Shown here in pieces: positions 1 to 14,032 of a DNA stretch of 64,000 nucleotides. Origin of the DNA: the human T2T-CHM13v2.0 reference genome, Homo sapiens. Position numbers and translations under genes: made by a program. Location of the stretch: assembly GCF_009914755.1 (NCBI RefSeq), contig NC_060930.1; one strand, given 5' to 3'. Numbering within the stretch: the stretch's first letter is position 1; every line of letters starts with the position of its first letter. The notes below the pieces were generated by a model. That model did not search any database, was not told the DNA's origin, and saw nothing but the letters and a program-made list of their open reading frames with translations.

Positions 1-954
1 TTGTCTTTTCTCCTAGTTTTTTTTTTCCCTCTCCCAGTATTGCTGTAAAGTGGTTTGTAATTGTTTTAGGAAGATTCTGACAACATGAAACAGAATCTTG
101 ATGAGAGCTGGTCCTGTGTTTAGAGGAAAGACTTTTACAGTCTTCTTTTGGTTTTCTGATTACTTCACTGACCACAAGACAATGCTGTGCTGAGTAAACG
201 CTCATATATTTCTGAAGTTGAAATGATAAAATAATTATTTAAGATCTTTCACCCTTGTCAAAAAGAAATATGTCCTTTTCCATAAAAGTCATCTAAGAAC
301 ATACTCTTGCGATCTTTTCTAATATTCAGTATGATGCCATGAAGTTTGAACTGCCATGAATAGACATTTGGACAAACAAGTCATGGAAGCCTTATCAGCT
401 GAGTTTTATTAATGTCTAGTTATAATTCTCCAGTATTTTTCACAGAGTAGGTGATTAAAAACACCTTCAATAAATGAAATAAATGAGTACTGCTTTTAAC
501 TGGAGTAGATTATTTCATTTTATTGTATCTTTAAGACACAAAATCTTATTTGTACAATAATTAAAATATTTAGACTAGTCAAGCTTTTTTTTTTTTTTTT
601 TTTCAACTGAAGCCCTTCACAATGCTTTCTGGAGACTTACGGGAAAGAGGTGTCTTGCTTCCTGTTACAACAAGCATTTGAAACATCTACAGGCACAACC
701 TTCGTGCCTCACTGAAAGATGCAAATACTGCTCATCCTCCACTGCCACTGCACACAGTAGGCACTCCACGTTTAATGACAGTGATGTACTGGTTTTCTAT
801 TCCTATTTTGCTATCTGCAATTCTTTGAGTAAGTTTGATGGTCCATTACAGTACAATGTCCACAGAATTCTCTTGGGCTATCTAACACAAATCCACTAGA
901 AATTAAGTACCTAATTTTAAAAAGCTCTGTTTTCATATTAGAATCAAAAGCTCT

Positions 955-1400
955 GATATTCATTTAACCAATGTTCATTGTACACCTACTATGTTCCAGG
1001 TACACTGCTGGAAATATACAAATGATACCTTTCTACTGTCCGAGGAATCATAGTCAAGTAGGGGAAGAGATCTACAATTAAGATCTAATAAATGCTAAAT
1101 ACAGATCTGCACTAGTGCTATAGAAGTACCGCAGAGAGAGGAATTCGTTTTGAATGGTGTAAAAGGTAGATTGGCGCAAAACTCACAGAGGCAACATTTT
1201 AGAGGAGGACCTTATAGAACGAGGAGGAGCTCACAAGCCAGGGAGAGGCTGTGTAGTCCAGGCAGAGTAAACAGGACCAGCAAAGTACACAGGACTCCGA
1301 GCACAGAGCAAGTTAAAGAAAGGCCCAGGACCCTGGTGACTGATGTGAAGAGAGCGTGAGAAGGGGGATTTCAGTCCATAAACTAGGACCAGAGGATTAC
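955..1400 (-). mobile_element. L2 LINE 3' fragment (ancient)
   Basis: ATTCATTTAACCAATG...CACCTACTATGTTCCAGGTACACTGCTGG resembles the reverse complement of the L2 3' end. Boundaries approximate. Confidence 0.6.
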
Positions 1401-1497
1401 CTACTGGGGCCTCCACAGTTTCGCTAACAGTAAATTTAGAAAAGTAGAGCAAACCAGAGGTTCCCAGTGTTGGCAGCTGTAGAATCTTCTAGGAAAC

Positions 1498-1660
1498 TCA
1501 GGAGGAGGATCTGAGGGGAAAAAAAGAAGAAAGGGCAGAGGAAAGAAAGGCAAGGGGGAGAGGGAGAGGAGGAAGAGGAAGAGAAGGGGCAGCAAAGGGG
1601 ACACAGAGGAGAAGCCACAAAAGGAAGGGAGCAGGTCAGAGACACCAGAACAGGAGGAGG
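1498..1660 (+). repeat. GA-rich (polypurine) low-complexity tract
   Basis: Almost pure A/G, e.g. AGGGAGAGGAGGAAGAGGAAGAGAAGGGG. Confidence 0.85.
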
Positions 1661-1970
1661 ACAACTCGATTCCAGTTCCCAAACCCCCCACCGACTGATT
1701 CAGGATCTGCAAACCAGGGGCTGAGGAAGCTGCAGTTATTATGCAACCAGGTTTGAGATTTGTTAGTGTAAATTCTCAGTCTCATTGAAGAGGAGGTAGA
1801 TGGTTTTTTCATCTGTTTTTGAAAAGAAAACAAAAGGCTCAGTTTGATGTAGATTTCTTAGACTTCAGTACAAAAAGAATGTATACTGGGAACAGAAATT
1901 TATTTTTGTTAGTGCTTTTATTGCTTTATCTTTTTTATTATTCTCTAGGTGCTTCTAAAATAAGTTATTA

Positions 1971-2278
1971 AGCCAAGCATGGTGGCTCATGCCTGTAATC
2001 CCAGAACTTCGGGAGACCAAGGCAGGAGGACTGCTTGAGGCGGTCGAGACCAGCTGGGCTAACACAGCAAAACCCCATCTCTACCAAAAAAATTTTTTTT
2101 AATTAGCTGGGTCTGGTGGTGTATGAGCACAGTCCCAGCTACTCAGGAGGCTGAGGCGGGAAGATGACTTGAGCCTAGGAGTTCAAGGCTACAGGAAGCT
2201 GTGAATGTGCCGCCGCACTGAAGCCTGTGTGACAGAGCAAGACTCTGTCTCTTAAAAAAAAAAAAAAAAAAAAAAAAA
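1971..2278 (+). mobile_element. Alu, AluJ-like, diverged
   Basis: GGTGGCTCATGCCTGTAATCCCAG left arm, A-rich linker, right arm with AGGAGTTCAAGGCTACAG (J-type), poly-A tail at ~2254-2278. Confidence 0.93.
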
Positions 2279-5199
2279 CCTTAATTAAAAAAATTGAAAT
2301 AAAATTAGATATTAAGAATCAATATGTTTTCAAGAATCTTGGGAAAGAATAAGAATTATTTTTTTCTAAGCTAATCACTTTAAAGCGTTCGTTAGATGAA
2401 GGTTCAGAAGAGAAACCCAGCGCTCAATGCCTAAGTGAGGTTATTTTAGAAACTGCTACTCCTGAGCCATTCCTATCTTCACCTGACTTGAGAAAAAGAA
2501 ATAACTTTTTGAGGCTTCTTTTATCATTTGAAAACTTTACATGATGTCCCAGGAGACAGAAAGAATCATAAAATTCCTAAAGTGATGCCTTGAGAGTAAT
2601 TAGTTCTAGATAGCTAATAATGGATGGTTGAGAAAACAGAGAGAGCTCCAGAGGTTTAAATAAGAGCATCTTTCCAAAGATTACAGCATCCCCATGCGAC
2701 ACGTAAGGTCTTCAAGTAAGAGGGTAGGAGCGATCCACTGACTTTTCCTCTAGTAATAAAGCCTTTACTGATTTGTGCTCATGTATTATTTTTTTTAATT
2801 CCTTTTAGATTTTTATTAGTATGAGTCAACTAAATACAGAATTATCCATCTTATTGTCTTATAATTGGAAACTGAAATATTAGGGGGAAAATCAGAGAAT
2901 AGATTCCATGCATTGCTTAACATAAACAGTAATATTCGGGCTTATATAAAGACATATAGAGCCTGAATTGTAAAATCTAATTGCTTCATGTGAGTAAATT
3001 TTGAAAACTGACATTATGAGAGCTGTGCTGTACTTTCAAAATGAAGTTCAGTGTTCTAAGGGAACCTGGAGCCTATTTGTGATTTGTGTTTCCACTTTCA
3101 TTTCAGCAGATTCTGACATGTTGATAAGAAAAACTAAGATTGACCACATAATTTTAAACCAAATCAGAATGTCAGTTCTAGCATAAGAGTCTGATTAAAT
3201 GCAATGTGGCTACAAGAAGGTTTTTAGTTAGCAAAACTGGGAGGCTTTCATTCTCCTTAGCTGTAGGAGTGCCTGTACCAGAGACAGGCACCTTCTCCAC
3301 TACAGGAAGAAGCATCCCACACTCAAAGGACCACGGCTAGAACAGCTTTTTGTTTTCTTTCTTTTCTAAAAGAGGTGTGCATTTTGGGACTATAAAGACT
3401 ACTGGAACATTCTGATAAGTCTTACAATGTTTTCAACACTATTACTCAAGATAAGGGCACCCAGAAAAAAAAAACGCAGCTGCCTTTGGAACCCTCAGGA
3501 CCACCCACACTGTATGTTCTAAGTTTGGGGCTGTGCCACATGAGGCAAGAGAGCACGTTAAACACGTGTGGGATATTATGAAGACCTGAGCAACTTCATG
3601 TTCATAGTTTTAAGGAACTCTAAAGTAAAAGATACAGATTTAATCTGAAGGTATTTTGTGTTTTTATGAAGAAATATCACATGGATGTAATATATATATT
3701 TGACTGATAACTTAAAAATTATATTCATATTTAATTATACTAAATCTTTAGATGCCATATGTGTACGTAAATATATATATATTCAAAATTCATTTATATG
3801 AAGCAATCCTGTTTTATAATTCAGTCTCTAAACCTCTTTATATAAAACAAATTAAACAACTGGCATTTATTTCATGATTCTGTAACATTTCCTGATATTT
3901 CAGTTTCCAATTAAAAATGATAGTAGGAACAGTTCTGTATTTAATTGACTTGTACTAAGGAAAGAAAGGTGTCTATTTCAAATCAAATATGGAAAACAAA
4001 ATAGGTCACATTTGTGGACAACAGGCATGCAATAAAGTATCATAAATTCTAAGACAAAACACATAATCATGTTATAAAACACCCCTCTTTAAGATGAAAT
4101 AAATTCTGCTGTGGGTTAATCTCCCACGTACATAGTACATCTTTTTCACATAGAAAGCTGGGGCTCCACTCTGTGTTCAAATACTTCAGATCATTTCAGA
4201 TTTTGTCACCCAATGCATGTATTGTCTGCAATAAAAATGCAATTCATCTACCGAAAAAAATTCAGCAATTCACCTTAGGCAGGCTTAGAGTCTCAATTAG
4301 CCATATAAGTAAAAAATTTACCCCAAGTTATTATATGCAAATGTATATAATAAGGGATATTTTCACAAAGTATTATATAACTTCTGTACTTCTGGAGAAA
4401 AATAGTTACAGCAGAAAATTTCAGTGCCTTCATTTTTACTGCTAAGTTCTAAACGAAGGCTACATGTGGTCTCAACCTTATTGATCCCACTGAATAGATC
4501 CCTAGACCTGCGCAACAGCCTTATATGGAATTAAAAGGGGACCTTCCACTTGGTGAATATGGCCATGGAATAATCCATTTATGTGAAAACCAAACGAAAA
4601 ACAGTCTAAATTTTTGTTTTCTCCTTTGTGATGGGCCACATGCTTTTTTCAAACATCTTTTATTAAAAATAATCTATAAGGTTGTTCAAGTGAGATTTTA
4701 AACATAAACCCACTCCCACTCACAAGGCAAAAGATGAGACTTCCAATCCCTTTCTTTTTGCTTTCTTTTTTAAATGAAAAGGAACACAAGAAGAAGGCCA
4801 AGACACATTCTACAGAGAGCGTGCTGTCGTTAGCTCAGCTGTTTTTGATGACCCTCTGCCTGTTTTACACCTTATCCTGATGTCAATTCTTGTTTTCACT
4901 CTTCCAGATTTCTTTCACAAGAAAACAGCTGACAGAATGTTGCAAAATAAAGAGGAAAAGGAAGAACTTCAGCTGGGAATAGAAAGTCTTCATCCATGAC
5001 ACCAAATCCATTTCCCCACCTCTGACACACTATGGTTGCTAACATTCCCGGCTCTCTGCAAGGGGAAGTAAACGAGCACGCATGCTCACTGCCCCACCAG
5101 TGAGGGCGCTGAGCCAAGTTGGGGGCTTGCTCTCCTGCCTTGATCTGACCCTGAAGGTGGTGGGATAGGGTAGGCGGTAGAGGGTGGGAGAAGAAGTGA

Positions 5200-5465
5200 C
5201 CATTCATTCGCCTATCTATTCACTCGGTATTTATGAGAGCCTACTGTGTGCTTGGCAACATCCCAGGTGGTATTTATGGAAGATCTGCCATGTGCTAGCA
5301 GGTTTTAATTATCTCATCTTTGTACCACCTTAGAGAAATAATATTTTTATGACTGCCAGATAAGGAAATGGATTCAGAGAGCTTATTTAGGAGTCTTAAA
5401 TCACATAAAACGACTGATTTATGACTGGATTCCAATTTTGTCTCATTCCAAAGCTCAGGTGTTCA
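5200..5465 (-). mobile_element. MIR (possibly with L2 3' end) fragment
   Basis: CATTCATTC...CCTACTGTGTGCTTGGCA and CAGATAAGGAAATGGATTCAGAGAG resemble the MIR core in reverse orientation. Confidence 0.55.
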
Positions 5466-6010
5466 CTGATGACTGTATCATGGGGACCCAACAAAATACC
5501 ACCATTAATTCGATTTATTCATATACAGTGGCAGCACTCCCTTCTAAAATACGGATATTATCCAAAGAGGTAATATGGAAGACAGTACTGGGAATTCTCA
5601 GTATACTGTAAACGATTTTGCTTTGTTTTCTGTTTTTTATAACTCATATAAAAGTAATATATTCTCATTGTCATTAATCAAAGAACACAGAAGTGCACAG
5701 AATTAACAGGTTTCTCCACCTTTTCAACCAATTAATGAACATGTAAAGTTTAGTGTATTTCTTTTCATACTTCTATCTCTGCTCACAAACTGCAACAAAC
5801 AAATACAGATTTGTTTTTCTCCTTCTTCTTCTTTTTTTAAAGTGGTGGAGGTCTTTCTTTTTGTCTGCTGACCATAAGGCACAGGTGGGGATAGGAGTTT
5901 CAATGGAAGGGGGGTGGTAGAGTTTGGAAGACTAGGAAAACTGCCAGAGAAAAGCAGGTCTGGGTGGGGTTGTCACAGAGTTTAACATTTCATCGAGAAA
6001 ATATTTTTTT

Positions 6011-6281
6011 CCTTAATTCTAAAGCAGTATCTAAAAAAATTTGTCATTAGTAAATTAGCAGTGTCCATACCTAAGAAAAGCGGCATGACTAGATAGAAGC
6101 TGGTATTTATACATATATATTTAATACATTGCTCCTTTACACACACACACACACACACTCACATAACACACATACAAGATGCTACTGATAGATTGCAATC
6201 TAGAACATGCCTTCCTGTTCTAATACAAATGGGTCTGCATTTTCTTTTAACTTGGCAAGGTTGAAAAACAGACTCGTCATA
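6011..6281 (+). repeat. Local duplication, copy 1 (probable donor); contains (CA)n
   Basis: Colinear, high-identity match to 7940-8213 (CCTTAATTCTAAAGCA...GGTTGAAAAACAGACTC). Confidence 0.95.
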
Positions 6282-7336
6282 AGTGTGTAATGTCTTGAAC
6301 CAAAATAGACTTCCTTAATGATTTGTTTTCTCCAATTTCACCACAAAATGTAATGCAGCCAACAAAAGAACTATTCTTCCCCCCACGTATAATAACATGT
6401 TATTCAACAATCATGTAAGAAAGCCTATACATAAGACTGCCAAGGTTCTGAAATTGAGTTTCTAACTGAAATGTTTGGAAAGAAATCTTTTCTTTTTTAA
6501 GTTTTACTCCGAGGGTTTGAGTGAAGTGATATAAATATCTAGGAATATACAGTTTTGCTTTACTACTATAACATGCTTACAGAAGTAGTTATGGTTTACT
6601 TTATAACATGGGTCACTGAAAACATTAACCATAAAAACATATAAAAGTACAAACAAGTTCTCAGTAGACCATTTACTCTGTAGCAGAACAAACAATTTAA
6701 TTGCTTCTGTCCTTGTGAGGGCAATAGCTCCAGATGAAGCTGGGTCAGGAGCACCCCTTGGTTTGTGGGGAGTCTACAATCTGCATGCTATTCACGTGAC
6801 CTGACTCTCTCAATACTTCAAGGGTCTGCACCCTAGGACGGAGGTAAAAGCCTGGTTAACAGCAGGAAAAGCAACCCATTCCCAGTACGGTAAGGAAGAT
6901 TATAACAGAATGATCAACTATTTTTCTTTTTCTTTCTTTTTTTAATGGAGAACTGCAAAGGAAAGAAAAATTGTAATGGTGCAAAAAGCTAAAAAGGGGG
7001 AAAAAGTGAATCCACTTTTTACTTTTCTGAAATACAGAGCTTGCCTTAAAAGTATGCCCCATAATCACTAGCCCACCTGAAAACTATAGAAAGTACAGAA
7101 GACTGAACTATGCAAATACATAATCTGAATGCACATTAATGCATGATGCATATTTATGGTATGACGACAGGTATAAATATTACCAAAAATGAATATATCT
7201 CCTGTATCTGTTAAATTTCTGGGAAATAACCAGGTCAACTAAAATGTGTTAGCCAAGATAAGACATAGTTAATGCATTTTTAAAAATTAGATTATCAAAA
7301 CACGTTTTTCTAACGAGTGAAAGTTAAGTTTTTCTA

Positions 7337-7657
<321 letters not shown>

Positions 7658-7844
7658 GTGAGCAAGGGGAGAAGAAAGGCTAACTATCTGGTGGGAAAAA
7701 CACTAGTACAAGCACATCTATATGTATGTATGTACATATATACACATGCATATATATATACATATATACATACATGTAATAAATATACATAGACCCTGGA
7801 TCATCAAAAAAGTGGTTGATTTTGTATTTCTGATTTAGGTGGGG

Positions 7845-8365
7845 ATCCCAGGTTTAAACTCCAGGTCCACTATTTATCACTTATGTGGCCTTTTGTTACT
7901 TCGCTTCTCTTTGTCTCAAACTAGAGATAATACCACTCACCTTAATTCTAAAGCATATCTAAAAAATTTATCATTAGTAAATTAGCAGTGGTCATACCTA
8001 AGGAAAGCCGCATGACTAGATAGAAGCTGGTATTTACACATATATATTTAACACACTGCTCCTTCACACACACACATACACACACTCTCACACATACACT
8101 CACATACAAGATGCTACTGACAGACTGCAATCTAGAACATGCCTTCCTATTCTAATACAAATGAGTCTACATTTTCTTTTAACTTGGCAAGGTTGAAAAA
8201 CAGACTCATCATAGTAACTTAGCAGTGGCCACACCTAAGAAAAGCGGCATGACTACACAGAAGCTGGTATTTACACATATATATTTACATACTCAGAGAA
8301 ATAAAAAGTTAATGCAGGTAAGGCCCAAGTGTTATACCCTGCAATTACTAAGTGGTTTATTTTAA
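7845..8365 (+). mobile_element. MIR split by the duplicated segment (pieces ~7845-7943 and ~8288-8365)
   Basis: The 5' piece (CCCAGGTTTAAACTCCAGGTCCACTATTTATCACTTATGTGGCC...GATAATACCACTCACCT) and the 3' piece (CATACTCAGAGAAATAAAAAGTTAATGCAGGTAAGG) are colinear with the MIR consensus as I recall it. Confidence 0.6.
7940..8287 (+). repeat. Local duplication, copy 2 (7940-8213) plus partial copy 3 (~8212-8287)
   Basis: Direct match to 6011-6281, then a restart at TAGTAA-TTAGCAGTG matching ~6048-6123. Confidence 0.95.
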
Positions 8366-8447
8366 TAAACTCAAATGTTTTTATTCGACGGATTCATTAT
8401 TTTCTGTGAAAAGCACTGAGTTGTACCTTGGTGTATCAGAAAAGTCA

Positions 8448-8882
<435 letters not shown>

Positions 8883-10064
8883 TTAGGAGTAATGTTTGTC
8901 TCCTTGCTTCACTGTAATGATAAAATCATTAAAGAAAATAAAATAGTATGATACAGATTAGGAATCCTCATGCTAAGCAGAAAGTATTACATTAATTTTG
9001 AGTGTTTATCTTGGTACACTCTACACAATAACTACATATATCACACAAACATTTCTGTCTGGTACTAATATAAAAAGCTCTCTGAAAACAATTATTTTAT
9101 GATATTGTACATTTTCTAGTTTTTCTTATAGTTTATAAATACATATTTCTGACTTAGCATTAATGAAATGAAACCTAAAATCTTGAAAACATTTAATATA
9201 AATTATAAATAGGGGAAAAGTACTTAGGGTAGTTAGCTGCTACTCATGTGTTACTGAAAGAAGAGGCATGAATTTTATTATGAAAAAATAAAATGTGGAT
9301 AAAGAATGCTTTGGTAGTAAAAACATACACACAAAAAGCACTGGATTTCACAATCAAAGTCCAATGAGAATTTTCCCCCTTTGGCAGTCAAACAAAAATT
9401 CCAGGAAAATAGTTTAAATTCCCTTCACAAAGTTCAAATGTAGCTATTGGTTATTAACTTGCAAATATAAGAAATAACATTTCGGTCTGGGTATCTGACT
9501 AATGGTTATTTATGGACCCTATAAAATTTAGAATAACTTTTGCATTTAATATATCTCACATGAAATTACTGTTTCAGTAGTCCAAAATCTGTTTACTGCA
9601 ATTCCATACAGATGAATTATAATTCTAAATAGAATCCTCAAATTCTGTTTACGTTTTAATGTAAACACTTCACCTACAGGAATAAGCAGCACTCATTATT
9701 TCTTTAGAGACAAGAATATTGTAGAGAGCTAACAACTCACTTTTGAACTGAGTAAGTTCACTGAATTTCCAAAATTCTAATAAGCACTATAGTTTACATA
9801 GTGCTTTATAACTGCAAGCCTGCTGCTTTTTAAACAATGATGCATTCCCCTAAATTCATATTTTAAAAATATGAATTATCAGTTGAGATTTCTCTGCCTA
9901 CAACATAGAAATCTCTGCTCCTGGCCACTGGGTGGTCCTGCACGCATGGGCATGGGGCTCTAGCCCAGGCCTGCCTGTCACTAACTTCTCTATGGCCTCA
10001 GAGAAGTCACAGGGCCAATGTTTTCTAAACACATGTATATTTTTAAGTTATGGAACATGCTTAC

Positions 10065-10541
10065 AAAATGCCACCTCATTGTGTCTTGTATACATGGACT
10101 CTATATATGGATGCATATACTGCAACCAATTATAGCTATCCCAGAGTGAAAGGATATTTTGAGAGAAGCAATTATTACAGCAAATGAGACAGGAAACATC
10201 CTTTTCCATTGCTCAAGAAACACAGATATTTGTTTCTTGTCTCTCGGCAAAAATGGAAAAACTCTCTTGCATTTCGGAAGTGAGTGGGTCTCCCGGAGGT
10301 TCTGAGAAGGGTCTATGCTAAGTAATCCTAAACTGAGCAAACCCTCCCAGCTCCTTTTGAGCGGAGAGGCTGAATTCAACACTGCCAGGGGAGCCGCGGC
10401 TGGTGGGTGGGGACGGGGGGCAGCTCGCTGTCGTGGGCTTTAGGGAGCAAACTCTGCCAAGCTGGGATGGGCGAGGATAAGGAGGGAAAGACGGACAGTT
10501 CTTTGGTAATAAAAATGCAGTTTATATAAACTGTAGGAGAC
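10065..10541 (-). other. Candidate minus-strand exon (alternative first or 5'UTR exon) of an unidentified host gene
   Basis: Donor TTT|GTAAGC (GT = 10064-10063). Strong acceptor CTCTTTTACTTTCTCACCAG (AG = 10543-10542). TATATAAA at 10528-10521. CpG/GC-rich interior. ATG in strong Kozak context (gcaATGG) at 10209. Confidence 0.45.
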
Positions 10542-10895
10542 CTGGTGAGAAAGTAAAAGAGGTAATTGTGCACATTCCAAACGTTTTAATATATAAACTG
10601 TGTAACCATCACTCATGAATAGCGCAGCTGCTAACAATTTATTTGTTTTTTTTTTTTTTTTTTACCAAGATAAAAATCATGCTAAAGCCAAGAGATGTTT
10701 CTCTAGTGAATGATATTTTGAAACTCTGGTCAAAACATAACTGTGACATAATAAATTTTTAAAGAAGTCATGAAAGCTTGTAGTTTGAAATTTGAAAGAA
10801 GACCTAGTTTTTTCCCCAATTAGGAAGGACCACATTTCAACTTTCATGACAGTGGCGGGCTCAGTCTTGCGGCGGGGGAGGGGACGCCAATTCTG
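10516..10895. promoter_or_regulatory. Promoter-like patch: palindromic TATA element, GC box, CCAAT
   Basis: CAGTTTATATAAACTG perfect palindrome at 10518-10533; second TATATAAACTGT at ~10590; GGCGGGGGAGGGG at ~10871-10883; GCCAAT at 10886-10891; non-repeat sequence. Confidence 0.4.
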
Positions 10896-13629
10896 CATGC
10901 ACATCTGTTTCCAGTGCAATGCTGGTATGCAAACTATTGTCTATTGGAAGTGTGTCGTGGTAACGTTTGCCAGGGTTAAAGGCTGGGTCAATTTGATCAA
11001 GACGCTAAAATTAGCTTCTGTGTGTTTTCCTGAAAAGAAAAAAAAATACTGTAAAGCTCTTTGTTTTCCTTCAAGTACCATTCTCAGATTTCAGTTTCTG
11101 GTGTGTAAACTACCAGGAAACAGACGGCTATGACAACTGACTTCTTGTTCACTGAGTCCTGCATAATGAAATGGTACCACACGTCACCAAGCTGGAGAAC
11201 TCAGGGTGAAAGGTAGCTTTCTGACCCAACTCACATTTTCCCATTTAAAAAATATCAACATTATAAAATTACTTAATGTGAATGCATTTGGAAATTCAAA
11301 ACCATAGCTATATTTTAAAGTGTGTGATGGCTTGGCAAAGCCCAAACACATTTAGAAACTCATCATTCTGAGAAGTATTGGGGTAAGATTTAGGTCACAT
11401 ATCCCTGGTAGTATTGACAGTGCTCTGATTATTTTCACAGGAAGTGAGTTTGTTAGGATGAAAAAGAGGGAAAAAAATACATATACAAACTCCGGTAATA
11501 ATCTGACGAATTCCAAGAGTAGAAAGGAATCGTGGAAACAATACATAGTCATGAGATAGTTCAAGAAAAATATTGATATTTTTCTAGATTAGCAAAATTA
11601 GAAAATTACTTAACAGTTAATATTCCAATAGATGACAAAGATGAAAAAAGGAGAAATAGAATTATCTGTTAATGTTTAAGGCTTTGTGATGAATATACAA
11701 ATAAACCAAAAGTAGAAGCATGTTTGAAATTTATTTACATACTTGGAGACTTGCTTTTTCTTATATGAGATGCTAAGTCAGGTTACAATAATATAGAAGT
11801 AAAAACTTCAGTGAAATGCCTCGCCTATATTTTAAATATTTCAATACTGTTAACTTTAAAATGACCTATAATGTAAAAAGTACTTTTTGTGTACATTTTA
11901 CTATAAATATTTCCGATTAAGAGAAGTCTGACAGAAGAAATAAACAGGTTTTCCCCAAATTACAAAATGCAATAGAAAAATCCTTCAATCTAGTTACAGT
12001 ATGGTGAAAATACTATAAATTTGGGTCATTTATACCACAGGATTTCCTTCTTTGCAAACATCCTCTCAATTCCAGTGGCTTTTTGTACTTTTATAATTTA
12101 GAGCTCATTAAAAAGATTTGGTATGGATACTAGAAGTGTGTAAAATATTTGGCAAAACTCATTTGTAAAATGAAACTTATTTGTACAACATACATAAAAT
12201 TACCCAATTTTTATATTTAAATGCCCTCTAGAGCCAAACACAGCATGGTAGTTACTACTAATTGCTTATTTTCTTGGGTCAGAAATTAGTGAAAAATTAC
12301 TATATATCGTGACACCAAATTAATAAGATTCCGTATTATCTCTAATTTCTCACAACCAGCTCTTCTTCAGTTTAAAATCTGACCTCTTTTCTCAAAGTTA
12401 TTTGTAAAAATGGGAAGGATAATATTGAACTGCAATAACTCATCAAGTCTAAAGTTTTTCAGTCATGATCTTCCCAATTGTATGTTCTTACACAGCTGAG
12501 CACAGCCTTCTGGTGGAAAGACTCTGGGCTCCTAGGACACTACAAATGGCAGGTTCATCTTCTTCCTCCTGCATGTGTCCTGAGGATTCCTACCCCCCAC
12601 CACTGCCCACATGCCCTTTCTGGCACCTGAAGTTTAGCATTTCCTAAGGTTGTGACCTTACCTCCCCCTTCTTTTCCTTTTACATACTGTTTTCCAGTAA
12701 ATTTACCCACTAATATATATGGCTTCAAATATCTATGTTTTTAGCCTAAGCATTGTTAAGCTAGGCACAGAGGGTCTATGGAGGGAGTTTGAATATTCAT
12801 TAGACTCCTGATACTATGTTAGAATATATGCATAAATAGATGCATTTTTTGTGTTGTTGAGAATCCAAAATGGTCATGGAAAGCTGTCCATGACTCAAAA
12901 AGAAAAGAAAACCCAACCTCACCACCACTTGCTACACCAGAATGGCTCCAGCAGCCTAACTGAGCACCTTCACTGGGGTATTCCCAGCATACTAGTACTT
13001 CACACTCAGGCTGTTCTCATGACGGGCCTCCTCCTAAGAACATCCCTTCTCCTGTGTCTCCTGTGTGCTTATGCTATTACCACCCTACCATCCCTGAGAC
13101 TCTCCTTTCTCCCTCATCCAGCAACTCCAACTAGTGCAAGCCTGAGGCTTCTCTTCTCATCTGTTTCCACCACCATCCCTTTAGCCCGGGACCCTTGAAG
13201 TATACTATGTGATTGAGTTGCCTTATAACCGTCTCCTCATCCAGGGTGGCCAGTGTTGCACCATTCCAGGGGTTGCAATTCTTGTCACATTCTCTGCAAA
13301 TGCAACATATCTCCATGCAACGTGACGGAAACTCCAAGGCTGTGTGCACAACCAGTGAATTCAGGTGTGCACTTCTACACTTTCTACAACATCATTCTCA
13401 CTTCCCTGTACAGCCTATTTCAACTATACCGCCGCGCCCCGCCCCCCATACAAAATTAACTATTCACATTCCCTGAATACGTCCACACTTTTTTTGTCTT
13501 TGTGTCACAACGCCTGCTGATCTGTGTTTTGGAAAAATATCACCAAATGCCCACCTCTCACAATGCCTGGTGGTCTGTCTTCTGTTGGTCTCTCCCATGA
13601 AGTTTTCAGTAGGGCAGAGTGTAACCATG

Positions 13630-13836
13630 TGGGTATCAGATGAGGATCCAAACCCCAGCTCCACTAACATGAACTACTCAAGTAGTCTTTTGTAAACTAC
13701 TTGAACTCTCCACACCTAGGGCCTCCTTTTAAAGCAGGGACAAAATTTAACAGTTAGGATGTGAGGATTAAATGAAATATAATGCCTATTACGTACCTGG
13801 TACTTTTTAAGTGCTCAATATTTTTTAGCTGTTATT
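13630..13836 (+). mobile_element. MIR
   Basis: CCAAACCCCAGCTCCACT...GTGAGGATTAAATGAAATA...AAGTGCTCAATA...AGCTGTTATT. Confidence 0.75.
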
Positions 13837-13899
13837 TTAATATCCTCACTCCCAGTAACGATTTCATTCTCCTGTATCCTCTGCTTTGGACTGTAGTAC

Positions 13900-14032
13900 C
13901 ATACGTTTGTTGTTTTCCTGCCTCCCAAATATGATTTTAGAAGTCAGGGGCATGCACTATCATATTTAAATCACCTCGGGCACCCAGCACGGTGCCTTAC
14001 ACATAGTAGGTGCTTACTAAATACGTGGTTAT
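13900..14032 (+). mobile_element. L2 3' end
   Basis: CCCAGCACGGTGCCTTACACATAGTAGGTGCTTACTAAATA matches the L2 terminus. Confidence 0.7.

Noticed and set aside
5092-5112. CTCF site (CCACCAGTGAGGGCGC)
   Set aside because: The spacing between CCACCAG and GGCGC does not fit the core consensus.
13235-13375. MER91-like hAT fragment
   Set aside because: The resemblance is too weak to call without a Dfam search.
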